Below, one piece after another: positions 14,555 through 27,090 of a stretch of 64,000 nucleotides of DNA. The notes under the pieces are model-generated. The model made no database searches. It saw only the letters and a list, made by a program, of their open reading frames with translations, and was not told the DNA's origin. Positions within the stretch are counted from its first letter, which is position 1, and each line of letters begins with the position of its first letter. Source of the DNA: Octopus vulgaris (lineage: Eukaryota). The position numbers were made by a program, and so were the translations under genes. The stretch spans positions 54,498,001 to 54,562,000 of the forward strand of contig OX597822.1 in assembly GCA_951406725.2 (NCBI GenBank). Reading direction: 5' to 3'.

Positions 14555-14555
<1 letters not shown>
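14404..14555 (+). mobile_element. Short retroelement 3' tail embedded in (AAT)n
   Basis: ~150 bp of non-repetitive sequence flanked on both sides by pure (AAT)n; same context as neighbouring Dong tails but no coding sequence to confirm. Confidence 0.45.
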
Positions 14556-14608
<53 letters not shown>

Positions 14609-14609
<1 letters not shown>

Positions 14610-14852
14610 GTCAAGACGAAGAGCGCGATTCGATTGTAAGATATTTTATTACTTGAACGATATTTCAACAGTACATCTGTCTTTGTCTAGTTCAAAATAA
14701 GAAGTGAATTTTTTATCACTTCTTATTTTGAATTTGACAAAGACAGACGTAATGTTTAAATATCGTTCAACTAATAAAATATCTTACAATTGAATCGCGC
14801 TCTTCGTCTTGGCTGTTTACCTTCGTGAAGAGTTACCTCAATCCTTTTTAAA

Positions 14853-14855
<3 letters not shown>
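14609..14855. mobile_element. Inverted pair of PLE pLTR-like fragments (~100 bp arms)
   Basis: 14609-14707 is the reverse complement of ~14716-14814 with about 8 mismatches; each arm carries a degenerate hammerhead-like layout. Confidence 0.7.
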
Positions 14856-14909
<54 letters not shown>

Positions 14910-14929
14910 TAATAATAATAATAATAGCA

Positions 14930-15152
14930 TCTACTATAGGCACAAGGCCTGGAATTTGTGGGGAAGGGGATTGTCGATCACATCGACCCCAGTACTTGAC
15001 TGGTACTTAATTTATAGACCCCGAAAGAATGAAAGGCAAAGTTGACATCGGGGGAATTTGAACTCGGAACGTAAAGACGGACGAAATGCCGCAAAGCATT
15101 TTGTCCGGCGTGCTAACGATTCTACCAGCTCGCTACCTTAACTACTACTAAA

Positions 15153-15192
<40 letters not shown>

Positions 15193-15205
15193 GTACTAAT
15201 ACTAT

Positions 15206-15299
<94 letters not shown>

Positions 15300-15942
15300 A
15301 ATGATGATGATAATAACAACAATAATAATGATAATAACAATGATTTCAAATTTTAGCACAAAGCCAGCAATTCCGTGGGTGGGGATAACTTGATTAGATC
15401 GACCCCAGTGTTCAACTGGTACTTATTTTATCGACCCCGAAAGGATAAAAGGCAAAGTCGACTTCGGCGTCATTTGAACTTAGAACGTAAAGACATGCGA
15501 AATGCCATTAAGCATTTTTTTCCAGCGTGCTAGCGATTCTGCTCGCCGCCTTTAATAATTATAATAATCCTTTCTACAATAGACACAAGGCCTGAAATTT
15601 GTAGGGAGGGGACTAGTTGATTACATCCACCCCAGTGTTTCACTGGTACCCAATAAACGATCCCGAAAGGATAAAGGTAATGTCGACCTCGGCGGAATTT
15701 GAACTCAGAATGTAGCAACGGGCGAAATACCTATTTCTTTACAACCCACAAGGGGCTAAACACAGAGAGGACAAACAAGGACAGACAAACAGATTAAGTC
15801 AATTATATCGACCTCAGTGCGTAACTGGTACTTAATTTATCGACCCCGAAAGGATGAAAGGCAAAGTCGACCTCGGCGGAATTTGAACTCAGGATACAAC
15901 GGCAGACCAAATACCGCTAAGCATTTCGTTCGGTGCGCTAAG
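14930..15942 (-). mobile_element. Cluster of four SINE-A units separated by trinucleotide microsatellites
   Basis: Units at ~14930-15140, 15343-15553, 15568-15731 and 15732-15942, each with the ...gaaagga(t)gaaaggcaaagtcgac core or a close variant. Confidence 0.88.
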
Positions 15943-15981
<39 letters not shown>

Positions 15982-15985
15982 TAAT

Positions 15986-16380
15986 AAGGCAAACACGCCG
16001 GATATAATCATCAAAGATGGGAAGAATAAGAAATGCTTAATGATAGATGTGACAGTACCATCAGAGAGAAATGTGTCCATTAAAGAAGCTGAGAAGTTAT
16101 TTGAGTACAAAGACCTAGAAATAAAAGTGACCAAGATGTGGGGAATGAAAAGCAGCACAGCACCAGTGGTGATTGGAGCGTTAGGGCTAATTAAAAAGGG
16201 CCTTGATAAGCAGCTCAACAAACTCCCTTTTAGTATTAACGTGGGAGAACTTCAGAAAATAGTGTTGCTAGGTTCCGCATATATTTTACGCCGTGTACTC
16301 TCCATGAGAGGAGGACCTGCTGTGACCCTAGGGTCAAGGATGACCCCGGTTCAGCAAAAGACAACGGACCATATTCTATT

Positions 16381-16382
<2 letters not shown>
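15986..16382 (+). mobile_element. R4/Dong LINE 3' fragment (RLE domain)
   Basis: KANTPDIIIKDGKNKKCLMIDVTVPSERNVSIKEAEKLFEYKDLEI...PVVIGALG; (AAT)n on both sides. Confidence 0.9.
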
Positions 16383-16414
<32 letters not shown>

Positions 16415-16421
16415 CAACAAC

Positions 16422-16457
<36 letters not shown>

Positions 16458-16458
<1 letters not shown>

Positions 16459-16768
16459 TTTACTACTCTATAAAAGTTGAGAGATATGACAGGTTAGCTT
16501 GGGAAGTTAAGCAGTTGTGGTCGATGAAAAAGGTAGCTGTAGTACCAATAAATGTCGGACCCCTAGGAACAGTGAACAAAAATCTCGAGAAGTACGTGGA
16601 ACAAATAGGGGTTGCAATAAGAGTGGAGTACTTGCAGAAAACAGCACTGCTTGGAACCGCTCGAATACTCTTGGAGGTCCTGGAAAAATAAGAGGTGTTA
16701 CCTTAGTTCACTGGTAGTGAACAGCTGACACTGTAGTAAATCTCTAGCGTTATAAGCTGTACAAAGGC

Positions 16769-16769
<1 letters not shown>
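16458..16769 (+). mobile_element. R4/Dong LINE 3' fragment (second family)
   Basis: KVERYDRLAWEVKQLWSMKKVAVVPINVGPLG...LQKTALLGTARIL; (AAT)n on both sides; same family as 45935-46300(-). Confidence 0.88.
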
Positions 16770-16838
<69 letters not shown>

Positions 16839-16840
<2 letters not shown>

Positions 16841-17203
16841 GTGGAACCTGAAGTCTAAAACAATACCTGTTGTCATAGGTGCCCTGGGAATGATAGCAAA
16901 AGAGGCTGATTGCTACCTAGCTCAGATACCAAGAAACCCCAAAATGGCAGAAATTCAAAAGATAGTGCTCATGGGAACTGCTCATATCCTACGCAAAATA
17001 CTTTCTATGTAATCTCAAGTTTTAAAACAAACAATTTTCTTATGGTTTCTTAAATATTCTCTAGAACAACACTATGTATAAAACCAAATACATGACACCA
17101 TAGGCATAACACCAACACGAACTTCCAACTTGTTGTCTCTTGAGGTCTCTGGGTGAGACTTGGAGCCAACTTGTACAAATGTAAAGCAAAAGTCAAACAT
17201 AAA
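16839..17203 (+). mobile_element. R4/Dong LINE 3' fragment (third family)
   Basis: KWNLKSKTIPVVIGALGMIAK...EIQKIVLMGTAHILRKILSM* plus 3' UTR; (AAT)n on both sides. Confidence 0.9.
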
Positions 17204-17211
17204 ATAATAAT

Positions 17212-17263
<52 letters not shown>

Positions 17264-17384
17264 GTAATAATAATAATAATAATGATGATGATGATGATTA
17301 ATAATAATTATAATAATGATGATGAGGATGATGATGATGATTAATAATAATAATAATAATAATATTTTGTATAATACTTAAATG

Positions 17385-17685
17385 AATATTAAGAAAACTG
17401 AGAAAATTGAGCAATATCAGAATCTACCCAGAGAGATGGAGTTGTGAAAAATAAGGGTGAAAAGTATCCACGTGGTAATTGATGCACTCGCACCACTCCA
17501 TCCATACTGTTTCCTAAGAGGCTGAATGATACTGGAACTGAGACGCGTATTGTCGACTTGCAGCAAAGAAGTGTCATCTTGTATTCTTTAAGAATGCCAA
17601 GAAAAGAATCTTGAGATTTTGAGGATACTTGTTTAAGATAACCTCTCAGCTAATTAAATCAGAGGGCAATAAATAGCTTTTGTAC
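17385..17685 (+). mobile_element. R4/Dong LINE 3' fragment (old, fourth family)
   Basis: KKTEKIEQYQNLPREMEL*KIRVKSIHVVIDAL...; preceded by (AAT)n, followed by (GAT)n. Confidence 0.7.
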
Positions 17686-17719
17686 AATGATGATGATGAT
17701 GATGATAATGATGATGATA

Positions 17720-17794
<75 letters not shown>

Positions 17795-17803
17795 GTGATG
17801 GTG

Positions 17804-17835
<32 letters not shown>

Positions 17836-18399
17836 GATGATGATGATGTCGACGTCGACGACGATGGTGATAACGATAATTACAATAACAAGGGCAGGAG
17901 TAGCAATACCACAGCCATCACTACCACCACAGCCATCACTACCACCACCACCACCACACCGCCAGAAGCAGCAGAACCACCAACACTACCTTAGCCATCA
18001 CCACCATCATAGTCACCACCACCACCACCACTACCACCAGTAACAACAACAACAACAATGATATTATTTAAAATTTATGAATCTTGAATAAGACTGTTAT
18101 CTGCAAATTGCTAATTTCAGAACTACTAATCGTACACGCAACATAATAACACATCATGGAATATTCGATACGACACTTGATGATATTTCTCTACTTCTCT
18201 TGTCAAACCCTCAAGTTATCAACGATGACACCTCGGGATATGAGACCTGCCGTTCAAGGTTGGATTTACATAGCCGCTAAATAGTAAGCCATTCTTCCTC
18301 GTGACCTTCGGACACGAAGAACTGCCGTCATCATTATCACAGTCACAACCGTCGCCGCCGCCGCCGCCGCCACGACGACGACCACCACCACCACCACCC

Positions 18400-18785
18400 G
18401 GTTCTTTACTACCCACAAGGGGTTAAACACAGAGGGGACAAACAAGGACAGACAAACGGATTAAGTCGATTACATCGACCTCAGTGCGTAACTGGTACTT
18501 AATTAAGTCGACCTCGGCGGAATTTGAACTCAGAACATAACGGCTGACGAAATACCTATTTCTTTATTACCCACAAGGGGCTAAACACAGAGGGGACAAA
18601 CAAGGACAGACATAGGTATTAAGTCGATTACATCGACCCCAGTGCGTAACTGGTACTTAATTTATCGACCCCGAAAGGATGAAAGGCAAAGTCGACCTCA
18701 GCGGAATTTGAACTCAGAACACAGCGGCTGACGAAATACCGCTAAGTATTTCGCCCGACGTGCTAACGTTTCTGCCAGCTCGCCA
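18400..18785 (-). mobile_element. Dimeric/nested SINE-A (long-tail variant)
   Basis: Two units joined at gacgaaatacc|tatttcttta (18556/18557). Confidence 0.88.
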
Positions 18786-18938
18786 CCACCACCACCACCA
18801 CCACCACCATCATCATCGTCATCTATCTATCTATCTGTGTGAAAGAGCGAGTGTATGTGTGTGTGTGATTGTGTGTGTGTTTGCATGTGTGTGTGCGCGC
18901 GCGTGTGTAAGCATGTGTGCGTATGTGTGTCTTGTGTG

Positions 18939-18993
<55 letters not shown>

Positions 18994-19477
18994 TGTGTGA
19001 GTGAGTGTATGTGTGTGTGTAAATATCTGTGCGAGTGTGAGCGCACTTGTCTTTGGGTTTGCACTCGTTTCCAACCTTTCGATAATCGTCTTTGGTTTGT
19101 TTTGTGTTCCTCCTTCACTTTGCAATTTGGTAAAAAAACAAAACAATGAGATCGATAGAATAAGTACCATACTTAAAAATGAATACTGGATGCTGATTTG
19201 ATTGATTGAACCCTTCAAAACATTGCTCCAGCATGACCTCAGTGCAATGATAGAAACAAAAGCAAATGTAAAAGAGGAAAGAGTAAGACTGTCAGCACCT
19301 CTCATCTGTAATGTCTACTTCATATTACAATGGGAAATCCGAACTGTTTTAATCTGTTCAAGCTGGAGTTAAGCGGATGATCTTGATGTATTAGGGGATG
19401 GGGGTTATTTCTTCGAGTGTTGCATATAATCCCAAATATCCACTGTCTAGTGTTGCATGGTTCTAATAAAATACAAT

Positions 19478-19570
19478 TACCGTAAATCCTCGAGTATAAT
19501 CCGCATTTTTTTCCCAAAATTCAATGGTCAAAATTCCTAGTGTGTACTATATACGAGGTTAAAAATGAAA
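19478..19570. mobile_element. Possible pogo/Tigger-type terminal fragment
   Basis: TA + ccgtaaatcctcgagtataa resembles pogo-like TIR starts; no partner end seen. Confidence 0.35.
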
Positions 19571-19579
19571 AATATTTGT

Positions 19580-20245
19580 TGTCAAAAAATTTGGTCCTAA
19601 ACTAAGAGTTTTTTTGATATGCAGAATCCTTTAATGGCAATCATTTATTATCATCTCATCAAGATTTTAAGACACTGGATCCATAAAATTTCATTGATTT
19701 TTCAATAAAATAGCTTATGAGGAACAAAGTATAACATAAAAATTGTTTCGTTTTTTTTAAATTGTTTTTTCTTTAAAATCAGTATGTTTTCTAAAAATTT
19801 TACTGAAAAAAAAACTAGTAAAAATCTTTAAAATTTCTAACAAATTACGTAAGCTTAATTTCCTATGAATTTGCATTTGGATGATATTCTTGAGCACTGA
19901 ACTTCAGGAAGATCACAAACAAAGTTCCAGTAATAGTCCGTCATCATGTGTAAACCTCATCTACCTTGATACCTTTGTTACGTTGATTTTATGTCCCGAT
20001 TGAAACGTTCTCCCTGCTCATCAAGGAATTTATCAATGTGACTGCGGAAATAGTGTAGTTTTATGCTCATATTTGTTCCCATTTTCTGAAAGACCTTCAG
20101 CATGTTGTTGACTATTTTGACATAGTTGGTTATTTTCTTGTTGCCCAGAGAATCATTTACAACTATTACAAATGAATTCCATGCTACTGCTTCAATTCGT
20201 TTCATTGAAAAGTTCCCATCTTTCGTCAATTTTCTGATTTATCTT
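19580..20245 (-). mobile_element. DNA transposon transposase C-terminal relic, Chapaev3-like
   Basis: AWNSFVIVVNDSLGNKK..NY...MSIKLHYFRSHIDKF..DEQGERFNRDIK..QRYQGR..MMTDYYW matches the MSLKIHFLHSHLD..SDEQGERFHQDI..RYQG motif; superfamily name from recall. Confidence 0.7.
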
Positions 20246-21549
20246 TTCATCAATGTCACCGAGTAAACAACCAATCAAAATAAACACTAAGCACTTACTA
20301 GGAAGAGAATACATGCATATATACATTTGCCAGAGCTTATTGTATAAAATATACATAGCCTTTTGAAACCTATCACAGCAGAAAAGGAGCTGGGGAAAGG
20401 GGGAATTAGGGACGTGCCGAGCAATGGTTGATCAACAAAAGTGTTAAGTAGGAAGTGCTGCGGTGTAGTAACCCGCTTTCAAAGTGACTGGACTATTAGA
20501 AAGCTTTTGATTCTGTTACCCACTCGTGGACGTTAGAAGCAGACAGCCTTTGATTGTCATACAGTATTTCTCAGGCAGTACCTACTGGAAAAACAAAACA
20601 AAATTACAACGAAAATAAATATATGAACCTAGTGTGGAATAACGAAAAGTTCCAGAAAGCTAATTAAACTATAGCTGACATGATTTCATCATGGGTAACC
20701 ATCTTGAAGTTAAATAACAAGGAGTGACTGTATTATCAAAGGTAAAATTGAGTATCTTTGCGATGTTGTTCATATTTCCGGTAAACCCATTGTTATTCGT
20801 GCTGAAGAAGTCTGACGGGCATCTCATTAATTCACAGGGAGACAGAAATACCAAAATTACACAGTGTTTCTTTGCAGATAGCTTGGAGTTGCATGTTTGG
20901 TTGGGACTGCCGAACATGGCAAATCATCCCCAAACCCCAGCCTATCTTTCCTGTTCCACGCAAAGAATGTTACAAATGCCAAAGCATTGATGAAAACATA
21001 CTACATGAAGGTGCTGTGGATAAAGACAGAATGATCCGAGAACATAACTCTAGACTTATGGCAGTCGGAACTCTCCTCTTACATGACAATATCTCACAAA
21101 TCTTTCGCAGTGTAACTGCTGATATCAGCATTAGGGATACTTGATTGACCTGTAAAGGAAATCCACTCCATAAACATTAAAACCTGCAAGATTCTGACAT
21201 CTACTGGAAACTTTCACAGAAACAGTGATATTGACAGGCTCGACATAAGAAGAAATGAAGGAGGTAGAAGCTTGAAATAAATGCAGACAGCCTTTGATTG
21301 TTGTACAGTATTTATCAAACAGTACCTGCTGGGGAAAAAAAAGAAACCAGAAACGAAAATGAATATTATGAACCCAATGGGGAATAACGAAACGTCAGCA
21401 GTGAGCTCCTCGGGAAACACTCTCTTCCTGATGACCTCCCATACAACCCCCAAAACAGCCGAACCTAACATACCTCATAACCGAAATATCGACATGAAAC
21501 GGAGATTTTCTTAGACTTTTGATTGCTACATCATATCATAATCCGGAGG

Positions 21550-22735
21550 CAATGCATTTGGAATCCAAAGGCCAGAGATGGCTACAAAGTTCCCTATAAA
21601 CAAAAGAGACAGCGAAACCCCTGGAACCCAAGGATGCAACCAAAAATATAGATTACGTCTGTAGAAGACATCACTTATGTAATCAGCAGCTGCCCAAAAA
21701 GTCATCAAGGTACTAATTATCAATGCAATATGTCGATATGTCGTTATTAATAAAACAATATATAGTGACATCGGCAAAAAGGCTGTCCTAGAATAACTAT
21801 AGAGAATCCTATTGTTATTGAATAAATGCATAAACATCAACACAAGTAATATTTGTGGAATTTTGCCATCAAAACGTCTAGCAAGTGCAAACATCAAAGG
21901 CTGGATATTGCTGTTTGGGACAAACAAAAAAAGCGTGTACCGTTTTAGAGGTCAGCTGCTCTGATAATGTGAATATTTCTTCGAAAATCAAAGATAAAAA
22001 AGGCTACTATGGACAATTGACCCGAAACCTTCAGTTTCTATACCGTGGAGTAGCCTATAGAAGAGCAAGGGAAGCGACTGCCGTACCCTGAGCACATTTT
22101 CAAAATTGGCGCTGTTTCAACATTTATATTTTTCACTTATGCGATAAAAGTCAAATCTTATTTTTGTAAATCGAACGGCTTTGGAAAAGCTTTATGGAGT
22201 CAGTACTTTATATGACCCTACAGTTTTAGAACTGTCTGCTCAATCTCTTGTGATGTGTTGATATCCGCTGACATCTGAAGAACCAAAACAAATCCTAACA
22301 TAATCTCTTGACACTGGACAATCCCGTGGAGCTATATCAATACTTGTAGGTTTCATACATAATGACATTTGTTACTGAACATGAAATTAGTGGATGTACA
22401 ATGCAATTATGTATATTATAACTAATGAAATATTTCGCGTAATATAAGAGATATGAATTAGAAATTGTTTGGTATGTGTCACGGCGCCTTTTTTTTATGT
22501 GCTCGCACACCCTAACTCTAGAACCTAGCTACGCCTCTACTTCTATATCCAGATTATAAATTCACATTAATAATAATTAGTGCATTCGGTTTTGTGAATA
22601 AATACTTAAGGGATAATCTGGGAAAAGTCGTGTTTTCGGAGTATGAAGCCAAACAGTTGACACTCACATTTCTTAATTTTAGTCTTAGCAAAACAGTAAA
22701 AATATGTAAGACTTTCTCCAAGTTCAAAATGTGAT
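21550..22735 (+). mobile_element. RLE LINE 3' relic interrupted by a hAT-like MITE
   Basis: VEDITYVISSCPK, LDIAVWDKQKK, ACTVLEVSCSDNVNISSKIKDKKGYYGQLTRNLQFLY [insertion] LYPDYKFTLIIISAFGFV...VKICKTF. Confidence 0.75.
22043..22539. mobile_element. Non-autonomous hAT-like element (497 bp)
   Basis: Imperfect TIRs ccgtggagtagcc / agctacgcctcta; 8-bp TSD tttctata (22035-22042) / cttctata (22540-22547); host LINE homology resumes after it. Confidence 0.72.
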
Positions 22736-23246
22736 TGTGCCTTTGATATCTACATTTCAACGATTGAGTTTTGTGACTTTGTTAGAGACCAGCTCCTTCC
22801 TCATTGGAAAGACTTCGAATAATTAAAACCAGAAAAAAACAAAAACAAAATCATACATACTGATACAAGGATCGTATTTTTATCGAAGCGAAAGCTTACA
22901 AGTTACTTCTATGAGTTATAATAGCGAATGCGCACATGTCAGTGAGTACATGCATGTAATGTGTGTGTGTGTGTGTGTAAGTGTGTGTAAGTGTGTGTAA
23001 GTGTGTGTGTGTGTGTGTTATTTACGTATGTGTAACCCGTGCATTTTCATGAAGTACTATGGTGAAAGTGAGACACGTATTCGGTGACTACATAATTATG
23101 TACAGGTGGAATAATTTTCTTATGTAGTAACTGGACAACGCTAATATAACCTGCGTCTTGTTTCTGTCGGTTTCTGTGTACTTGCGGACATATTAATATT
23201 TATTCTTATTTTCCTTCCACACTCTCGTTTGAATCTTTCTTTCTTC

Positions 23247-23337
<91 letters not shown>

Positions 23338-23502
23338 TTTTTTTTCTTTCTTTCTTTCTTTCTTTCTTTGTACATGGCCACTCCCTCTCTTTCGCTTTTG
23401 CTCTTAATCTCATCATTTCCTTTGACAGGTTTTACCGCCCACTCAACTATTTACACTCCACCTTCTTTTATTATTTGTAGACATGCCTTATATTTATTAT
23501 AA

Positions 23503-23564
<62 letters not shown>

Positions 23565-23689
23565 ACTCACGTACGCACACATACTTATGTACACATATAG
23601 ATATATGTTGTGTGTGTGTATGTGTGTGCGTGCGTTTAAGTAGGTGTATATAGTAAATATGTATTTATGTATGTATACATAGCGATATC

Positions 23690-23810
<121 letters not shown>

Positions 23811-23852
23811 CCTATATGTATATATGTAATGATAATAATAATAATAACAATG

Positions 23853-23897
<45 letters not shown>

Positions 23898-23905
23898 TAT
23901 ATATA

Positions 23906-24141
23906 TTCTTTTATTCTTTTACTTGTTTCAGTCATTTGGCTGCGGCCATGCTGGAATACCGCCTTTAGTCAAGCAAATCGACCCCAGGACTTATTCTTTG
24001 TAAGCCTAGTACTTATTCTATCGGTTTCTTTTGCCGAACCGCTAAGTTACGTGGCCGTAAACACACCATCATCGGTTGTCAAGCGATGTTGGTGGGGATA
24101 AACACACACACACAAACATACACGCACGCACACACACACAC

Positions 24142-24203
<62 letters not shown>

Positions 24204-24323
24204 GTCTACCAAATCCACTCACAAGGCTTTGGTCGACCAAGGCTATAGTAGAAGACACTTGCCCGACGTGCCACACAGTGGGACCGAACTCGGGACCATG
24301 TGGTTGGTAAGCAGCCACTCCTG

Positions 24324-24326
<3 letters not shown>
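23906..24326 (-). mobile_element. SINE-B copy
   Basis: Reverse complement of the 11149-11602 family with internal (CA)n(TA)n. Confidence 0.87.
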
Positions 24327-24405
<79 letters not shown>

Positions 24406-24481
24406 TACATTTATATATTATAAGTGTGTATATGTATGTTTGTGTATGTGTATATACGCGTTAGTGTGTGTGTGTATATAT

Positions 24482-24584
<103 letters not shown>

Positions 24585-25399
24585 CATTTATATGTGTGTA
24601 TGTATATACGTATGATTACTCACTACGTATCTGTCTCTGTAAGCTACCCAATCGTCGCCATTTTGGTATCGTCTGGAAAGCACTTATAACCATTCAACTG
24701 TGTTTATGACATTTTTTTTTCTTAATATCAAGCAAATTGTTGCACAGCCTCACAGCATTTTTGTAACATCTTCCTCCCGTTTGTTTACGATGATAATGAT
24801 GACATGCTGCTACTGATGATGATGATGATGATGATGATGTCGGTGGTGTTAAAGACGTCAGAGACGATGACGACGACGACGACTGATATTAATGTCGTTA
24901 GTGTTTATGTCGTATTTTCCTTCCGGTATATGCTCTTATATGTTTGTTTTAAAAGCTCCATAATTATTCAATTTTTGTTCTTTTTCTTCCTTTTGTCCTG
25001 CATCGTTATTCTATTTATTTATTTACGTATTTATTTATTTATTTATTCTAAAATTTTATGATTTCGTTTGTTGTGGGTGTCTTTTATTATAATTCATCGT
25101 TTGCAGAGGACTATCCAGCATCTTGCGTTGTTTGTAACACAATTTTTACGCTGAATGCTCAACAGAAATTTCAACACTCCCCACTCTCTCTTTCTTTCTG
25201 TCTTCCTTTGTTTCTTGTTCGTTCTTTCGTAAATTCTAGATGAAACTGTATGTCCACAATCACTCACCCCCACTCCCAATGACAATGCTGTGTACGTGGT
25301 CTGAGGGTGATGTTACAAGATGGTCCAGTGAGCGGTTAGAATCTTTCTTGAAGAGAAACAAAGGAATTACATAATCAGGTGAGGAAGGAAGCCTAAGAA

Positions 25400-26811
25400 G
25401 CAGAAAACTCCTAAAATTTAACGAAAGTTGCCGAATAAATGTGACCAACACGGAGCCTTTATATTATGCATAAGCAACCTTTTTCGAGACGCGGTCTGCA
25501 TGAGACAGGCGGGCCGCATGAGAAAGGTTTGCCGCATGAGACAGGCAGGCCCCGGCATCGAATGAGTTTAAGGACTGCATCTCCTACATGACTGGCCCTA
25601 GCAGTCGGAAAAGGAAGCGCCGTAGAATTGTGGTTTAATTTGCTCCACCTTTTTTTTTTCAAGGTCATGAATTGTGTGGGAAAGATTTCCCTTAGATTAA
25701 TAAACAAACATCTTACACACACGCACATAAATACAGGCATTTTTTTAACAGACACAACCTAAGAGTCTCCTTTAGTTGTGCACTCAACATAAAAAACATT
25801 TTATCAGGTACCCAAAATACAAGGGAGGAGGCATTTTGCTCTTGCAGGGTATATAATAACTGTCCAGTAGGAAGCCAATACGAGGTTGAAGGGGTCATTT
25901 ATGAGGCTACGGTGATATCTAGACCTAATATCCGTAATAACAGTAATGTAACATCGAACAGAAATATTATTGGCAGATTAACCAGCTCTCACGTCAATGC
26001 AGTTGCCACGCCCAGAGATAATAGCCAAGCCAGGACCAACATCACAGAAAGCATCACCGATGATCTCGGTACCACCGTTACGGATAATGAACAAACCATA
26101 GATGCAGATAGAGTGACCAGTACAAACGCCGCACCTAGAAATAATGACCTATCCAGAACCAACAACTTGGAGGAGGTATGTGCAGTTCCGCCACTTCAGA
26201 TGAGGACCAAACATTCATCTTCGACATAGATGGGATGACCAGCCCTACACCATATGTTACCAGGAGTACGAATATGGCCACATCCCATATTTATAAATAT
26301 ATTGTTTTGGCGAGTCATCCTTCAGCGTCCCAGAAAGACGGTTTGTCACGACCCTGGCCCACCATGTGTAACACCTCAAAGATCAATAAACCCCATGTGA
26401 TGTCAGGTGGAAACTAATTGATTATCCGGGCCCGTATATTAATGGAAGTGGCCGTTGCAAGATCTGCATCGCGGAGAGAGCCAACATTCTTAAAGACTAT
26501 AAGAAGCCTGGCGCATTAAACAGTCATAAAGAAGTGTTTTCTAAATATATACACTTCAAGCACTACTCACTAGAGAATTGGATCTCCCCGTTTGCTCGTT
26601 AGGCCTCTTCGAGTCCATAAAGGTTTTTTTCCCCTCTGATTAAGGCGAAATGATTGATACTCAATAACATCTTTTCGTATTCCTCGAGTTCTGAGCGTTT
26701 CCTCTCATCTGCGACCGAGATATTATAAAATTTGGTATTCGTAAAGAGTCTGCCAAACTGTCCACTGGGTTTGTAGGTGCAAAACCTTGGGTGACTCTAT
26801 ATAGAATTTTG

Positions 26812-26812
<1 letters not shown>
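25400..26812 (+). mobile_element. Degenerate Penelope-like element 3' half (linker, GIY-YIG, pLTR)
   Basis: FAPPFF...VGK..LRLINKH, FFNRHNLRVSFSCALNI, CSCRVYNNCPVGSQYEVEGVIYEATV, VRWKLIDYPGPYINGSGRCKICIAERANIL...ALNSHKEVFSK. Confidence 0.8.
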
Positions 26813-26866
<54 letters not shown>

Positions 26867-26984
26867 GAAGATGATTCTTAAGACGATTGGAGAGCAAACA
26901 AAGCAAAACAGTGTGTAAATGCATATCTTAAAATGTGTCAGCTCTGCAGTGGAGGCAAGTAATACTGGGCTTCTACATAATAAA

Positions 26985-26988
26985 TTAA

Positions 26989-27073
<85 letters not shown>

Positions 27074-27090
27074 TAATAATGATGATGATG

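Noticed and set aside
14326-17365. Repeat-spacer-repeat pattern superficially like a CRISPR array
   Set aside because: Repeats are variable-length (AAT)n and the spacers are retroelement 3' ends; eukaryotic context, no cas genes.
17680-18043. Poly-Asp / poly-Met / poly-His ORFs resembling acidic or metal-binding proteins
   Set aside because: (GAT)n and (CAC)n microsatellites directly following a LINE tail; no splice or domain context.
19320-19465. Possible minus-strand exon after a ttttattag acceptor
   Set aside because: All three frames hit stops and no recognisable protein; not supportable.
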